The notes under the pieces were generated by a model. The model was not told where the DNA came from. It was given only the letters and a program-made list of their open reading frames with translations, and did not search any database. A stretch of 64,000 bases of DNA, from positions 62,001 through 126,000 of the forward strand of contig CAZHVK010000003.1 in assembly GCA_964535955.1 (NCBI GenBank), written 5' to 3'. Source of the DNA: an uncultured Methanosarcinales archaeon (GTDB lineage: Archaea > Nanobdellota > Nanobdellia > Woesearchaeales > CAXGTL01). Shown here in pieces: positions 60,979 to 64,000 of the stretch. The translations under genes and the position numbers were made by a program. The first letter of the stretch is position 1. Every line of letters begins with the position of its first letter.

Positions 60979-61888
60979 TTCACTTGAAGATTTTTTACAA
61001 GATGATGGTGGAAAAGTTGATCTTCATTACCATATAGATGAAGGAGCAGGTGATCCATTAGAAGAATTCAGAAAATGTTTAGAAAAAGGGTATGATGTAA
61101 TTGCATTTACAGAACATAATTCAGTAGATGGTTTAATGGAAATAAACAACAAATTTGATGATATCATTAAGTTAAGAAAAAAGTATAATAAGAATACAAA
61201 AATAATTCCCTCAATAGAATTAACTTCAAACATTCCTAGTAAACAACCTGTTTCTGATAAAGGAACAAATAGGATTCATATTTTAGGATTAGGCATTAAT
61301 TTCAAAAATGAATCATTTCAAAATGAATTAATAATATATCAAGAAATAGATAATGAAAGAACAAGAAGAATTTTCAATAACATTGCTAAACGTGTGAAAA
61401 ATGATACAGGAAAACAAATTTCTTTTGCTGATTTTGTTGGAGAAAGAGATTATTTACATTATACAACAGGAGACTTAGTAGAATACTTGTACAAACAAGT
61501 CTATAAAGAGACTAGAAATGGCAACCAGATAAAAAGAAAATTTTTTCATTTTAAATCAAAAACATATGTTGGTCATGAACAAGCACTTGATGTATTCAAT
61601 ACAATCTATTTTGTTAAGAAATATGGAGGTATCCCAATAGTTGCCCATCCTGACAATCTCTCAAAATTTGATTTAATGACATTAAAAGATTTTGGATTAA
61701 AAGGAATAGAAATAATAAATAAAAGATTCAAAAAAGATCCTGATAAAAAAAGAGAATTATATCAATGGGCAAGGGAATTAGGGTTATTCATAGTTGGTGG
61801 AAGTGATGAAGATCCTGATTTTAAGCCACTCCCATACAGAATAATAGAACAATTCGAACAAAACAATATTAAATTCAATTATTTATAA
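60968..61888 (+). CDS. PHP-domain phosphoesterase (TrpH/YciV-like)
   Basis: VDLHYH, AFTEHN, SIELT, IHILG, VAHP, GLKGIE, GGSD. Overlaps the upstream stop. Confidence 0.85.
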   Translation: MNYDSLEDFLQDDGGKVDLHYHIDEGAGDPLEEFRKCLEKGYDVIAFTEHNSVDGLMEINNKFDDIIKLRKKYNKNTKIIPSIELTSNIPSKQPVSDKGTNRIHILGLGINFKNESFQNELIIYQEIDNERTRRIFNNIAKRVKNDTGKQISFADFVGERDYLHYTTGDLVEYLYKQVYKETRNGNQIKRKFFHFKSKTYVGHEQALDVFNTIYFVKKYGGIPIVAHPDNLSKFDLMTLKDFGLKGIEIINKRFKKDPDKKRELYQWARELGLFIVGGSDEDPDFKPLPYRIIEQFEQNNIKFNYL

Positions 61889-62797
61889 TCATAACTTATA
61901 TATTATCAGTCCTCCTAGCATATTATATATAACTTCAACAATAGTACAGAGATGAAACAATATTTTTAATTCTTCTTTTTTCAATTTTTCAAACAATTCT
62001 TCTGATTTACAATGAAAATCTGTTTTTTTCTTTCCAAATTCCACCATTTTTTTTAATTCAAATTTATAAAAAAGATCATAGAATGACTTAAGATACTTAT
62101 TAGTCTCTTCAAAATGTTTGATAATATCTTTGCTCAATTTCATTGGTTTTTTTGTAAGGTGGTGTGCAATATCATTATACAAATCACCAATCTTTTCAAG
62201 TTCTTCAGTAATATAATATATAGTAGTTGTTTTATTTACAGGAGTGTACCCTTTTTTATTTAGGATTCTTCTACAAAAATCAGTAAACTTGTTTATGTTA
62301 ACATCTCTAAGAGTGATACTCTTTATATCATCTATATTCTCTCTTTTAGATGCATCCAAAAGATCATCACCCATTGCAAGCAAGAACAAGAAAGTCCTTC
62401 TAAAAAGTGTATCAAACTCTTCATATACAGCATGTGTTATTTTTTTGATAGATACATTTTTCTTACCTTCATTAACAATAGCCAATCCTATGCAGGAGTC
62501 ACTCATTATCTTTTGTACTTGTTTAAGTTCATTTGAATTTTCAAACGTCACATTTATATCATCATACCCTGACTTATAAGCAGCTGCAATAGTTCTTCTT
62601 ATCATGGGATCTAAACCAGATATATTAAGCTTAATACTTTTTGTAGCATATCCTTTTTCTGTTGATATAACTAAAGAATTATCATTTTGTTCAACATTGA
62701 TTTCATCACCTCCTTTCAAACCATACTTTTTGACCCATTTAGCAGGCAATGTAATAGTATGTGTACTGTGTCCTTGTTTTATGATTTTTCTTCTCAT
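61889..62797 (-). CDS. AbrB/MazE-PhoU family regulator (paralogue of 22585..23529)
   Basis: RKIIKQG..TITLPAKWV, AYKSGYD, DVNINKF, LEKIGD. Confidence 0.87.
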   Translation of the reverse strand: MRRKIIKQGHSTHTITLPAKWVKKYGLKGGDEINVEQNDNSLVISTEKGYATKSIKLNISGLDPMIRRTIAAAYKSGYDDINVTFENSNELKQVQKIMSDSCIGLAIVNEGKKNVSIKKITHAVYEEFDTLFRRTFLFLLAMGDDLLDASKRENIDDIKSITLRDVNINKFTDFCRRILNKKGYTPVNKTTTIYYITEELEKIGDLYNDIAHHLTKKPMKLSKDIIKHFEETNKYLKSFYDLFYKFELKKMVEFGKKKTDFHCKSEELFEKLKKEELKILFHLCTIVEVIYNMLGGLIIYKL

Positions 62798-63121
62798 ATA
62801 TAGGCACCTCCAAAATACTCAAGTAATTATATTCAATATAATTAAATAAAGCTCACACTACCTTTTTTACAATAATATTGATAGTAACACTACTATATAT
62901 ATTTTTCGCAATCACTATTGATATATTAGAATACAATAATCACAAACCGGATGCAATATTTACAAATCTTGTAAAGCCATTATTCTTGAGTAACACCATC
63001 ACTATTGAAAATATGCCACCTTATTTTATCCTGTGAACAAAACTATATACTATCCCTACTGTAATACATACTGTAAGGATACAATAAAGATACAATAAAG
63101 ATAAAGAGAGGTTACAGAAAC

Positions 63122-63316
63122 ATGAAATATGTAAATGTTCCATTACCAAAACCAATCATAGATTTGGTTGATAAGATAATTTCAGATGAAAGTAAGGGAT
63201 TCAGATCAAGACCTGATTTCATCCTCCATCATATAAGAATTGCCTTAAAAGAGGAGGACAAAAATGCCCTACAAAATACCTATACAATGTCCGTACTGCG
63301 GCAAGGCACAGATTGA
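63122..63316 (+). CDS. Ribbon-helix-helix DNA-binding protein
   Basis: YVNVPLPKPIIDLVDKII...GFRSRPDFI; GAGG SD. Confidence 0.75.
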   Translation: MKYVNVPLPKPIIDLVDKIISDESKGFRSRPDFILHHIRIALKEEDKNALQNTYTMSVLRQGTD

Positions 63317-63443
63317 GGTTCCTTACAAAAAAGGAACACAAGAAGAATTAGTGTTAAGAGTAGAATTTCTTGAATCACAATTACATAGACTAATGAAAAC
63401 AAACATGGACCTTAGAAAAACCCTATCTAAGGTGATAAAATAA
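63264..63443 (+). CDS. Small CxxC/coiled-coil protein (59 aa, below ORF-track cut-off)
   Basis: GAGGAGG SD at 63251..63257; MPYKIPIQCPYCGK...LVLRVEFLESQL. Confidence 0.6.
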   Translation: MPYKIPIQCPYCGKAQIEVPYKKGTQEELVLRVEFLESQLHRLMKTNMDLRKTLSKVIK

Positions 63444-63799
63444 TTGGGTGAATAGAGAGGTGATAAGATGTTTATGCCTACAATAAGATATCGAAAAGAT
63501 ATGAAACATTTATTTAAATCTAAGTACAGCAACAAAAACAATATCATAACACAAAAAATAAGGTGGGGATTGAAAAATGCAAGCTGATATTGAAGCAACT
63601 TAAACAAAAAAAACAAAACATTTTTTTTCATTGTGGGTATGCAACTAGTACATAAAAATCATATAAAATCATGCAAAGGTGATTCATGTGTTGACAAAGC
63701 TGAGAAAAAAACTCAAAGCACTTCGAAGGAAATCAAGAAAAAAGTCAAGAAAAAAAAGAAAGTAAAACAAAAGTAAAAATTTAAATAAAAAACAGGCAG

Positions 63800-64000
63800 G
63801 TGATAAAAATTTCACTTGAAAATAAAATCCAATATCTTGCAATAGGTGAGTTAGCCTTAGGCACAAAAGCATACGACTCCAGAGCAATGGATGGCTTAGC
63901 TTTATTCTTAGAGATAAACAACTACAAGATTGACAACCTTGTAATTGATTCTGGTCTAGTCCCACTTATTCCAGAATATTATGGCATTAATAATGCGAAA
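63800..64000 (+). CDS. 5' part of a gene running off the window, possibly a degenerate metallophosphoesterase fold
   Basis: Open frame from GTG 63800 to the window end: ...YLAIGELALGTKAYD...IDNLVIDSGLV. Confidence 0.5.
   Translation, partial: MIKISLENKIQYLAIGELALGTKAYDSRAMDGLALFLEINNYKIDNLVIDSGLVPLIPEYYGINNAK

Overview
AT-rich archaeal chromosomal segment, most consistent with a DPANN Woesearchaeota-like genome. The basis is archaeal Cdc6, PolD, MCM, TBP, RFC, Nop5, fibrillarin and aIF2-beta together with bacterial-type GyrA and LeuRS and few biosynthetic genes. It contains the probable replication origin (ORB-like boxes around an AT-rich core next to cdc6-DP1-DP2), an intein-containing gyrA, two paralogous acidic surface proteins, several tRNA synthetases, SRP RNA and two tRNAs, one of them a tRNA-Arg(UCU) with three BHB introns. 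The most striking unannotated signal is a cysteine module. A leaderless 12-codon ORF ending in four consecutive Cys codons (MTKTNYLGCCCC) lies directly upstream of tRNA-Cys, cysteine synthase and CysRS, and a long-range helix brackets the tRNA. This suggests a ribosome-dependent, cysteine-sensing attenuator in an archaeon. Other candidates are a J-domain-kinase / vWA / pyruvate-kinase-like operon, a membrane class III cyclase with a non-canonical base-specificity residue facing a stand-alone GAF protein, an RHH-flanked kinase-like/PHP block with a shared operator motif, and a family of twin-hairpin intergenic elements. All calls are from motif recognition by eye; no database searches were run.
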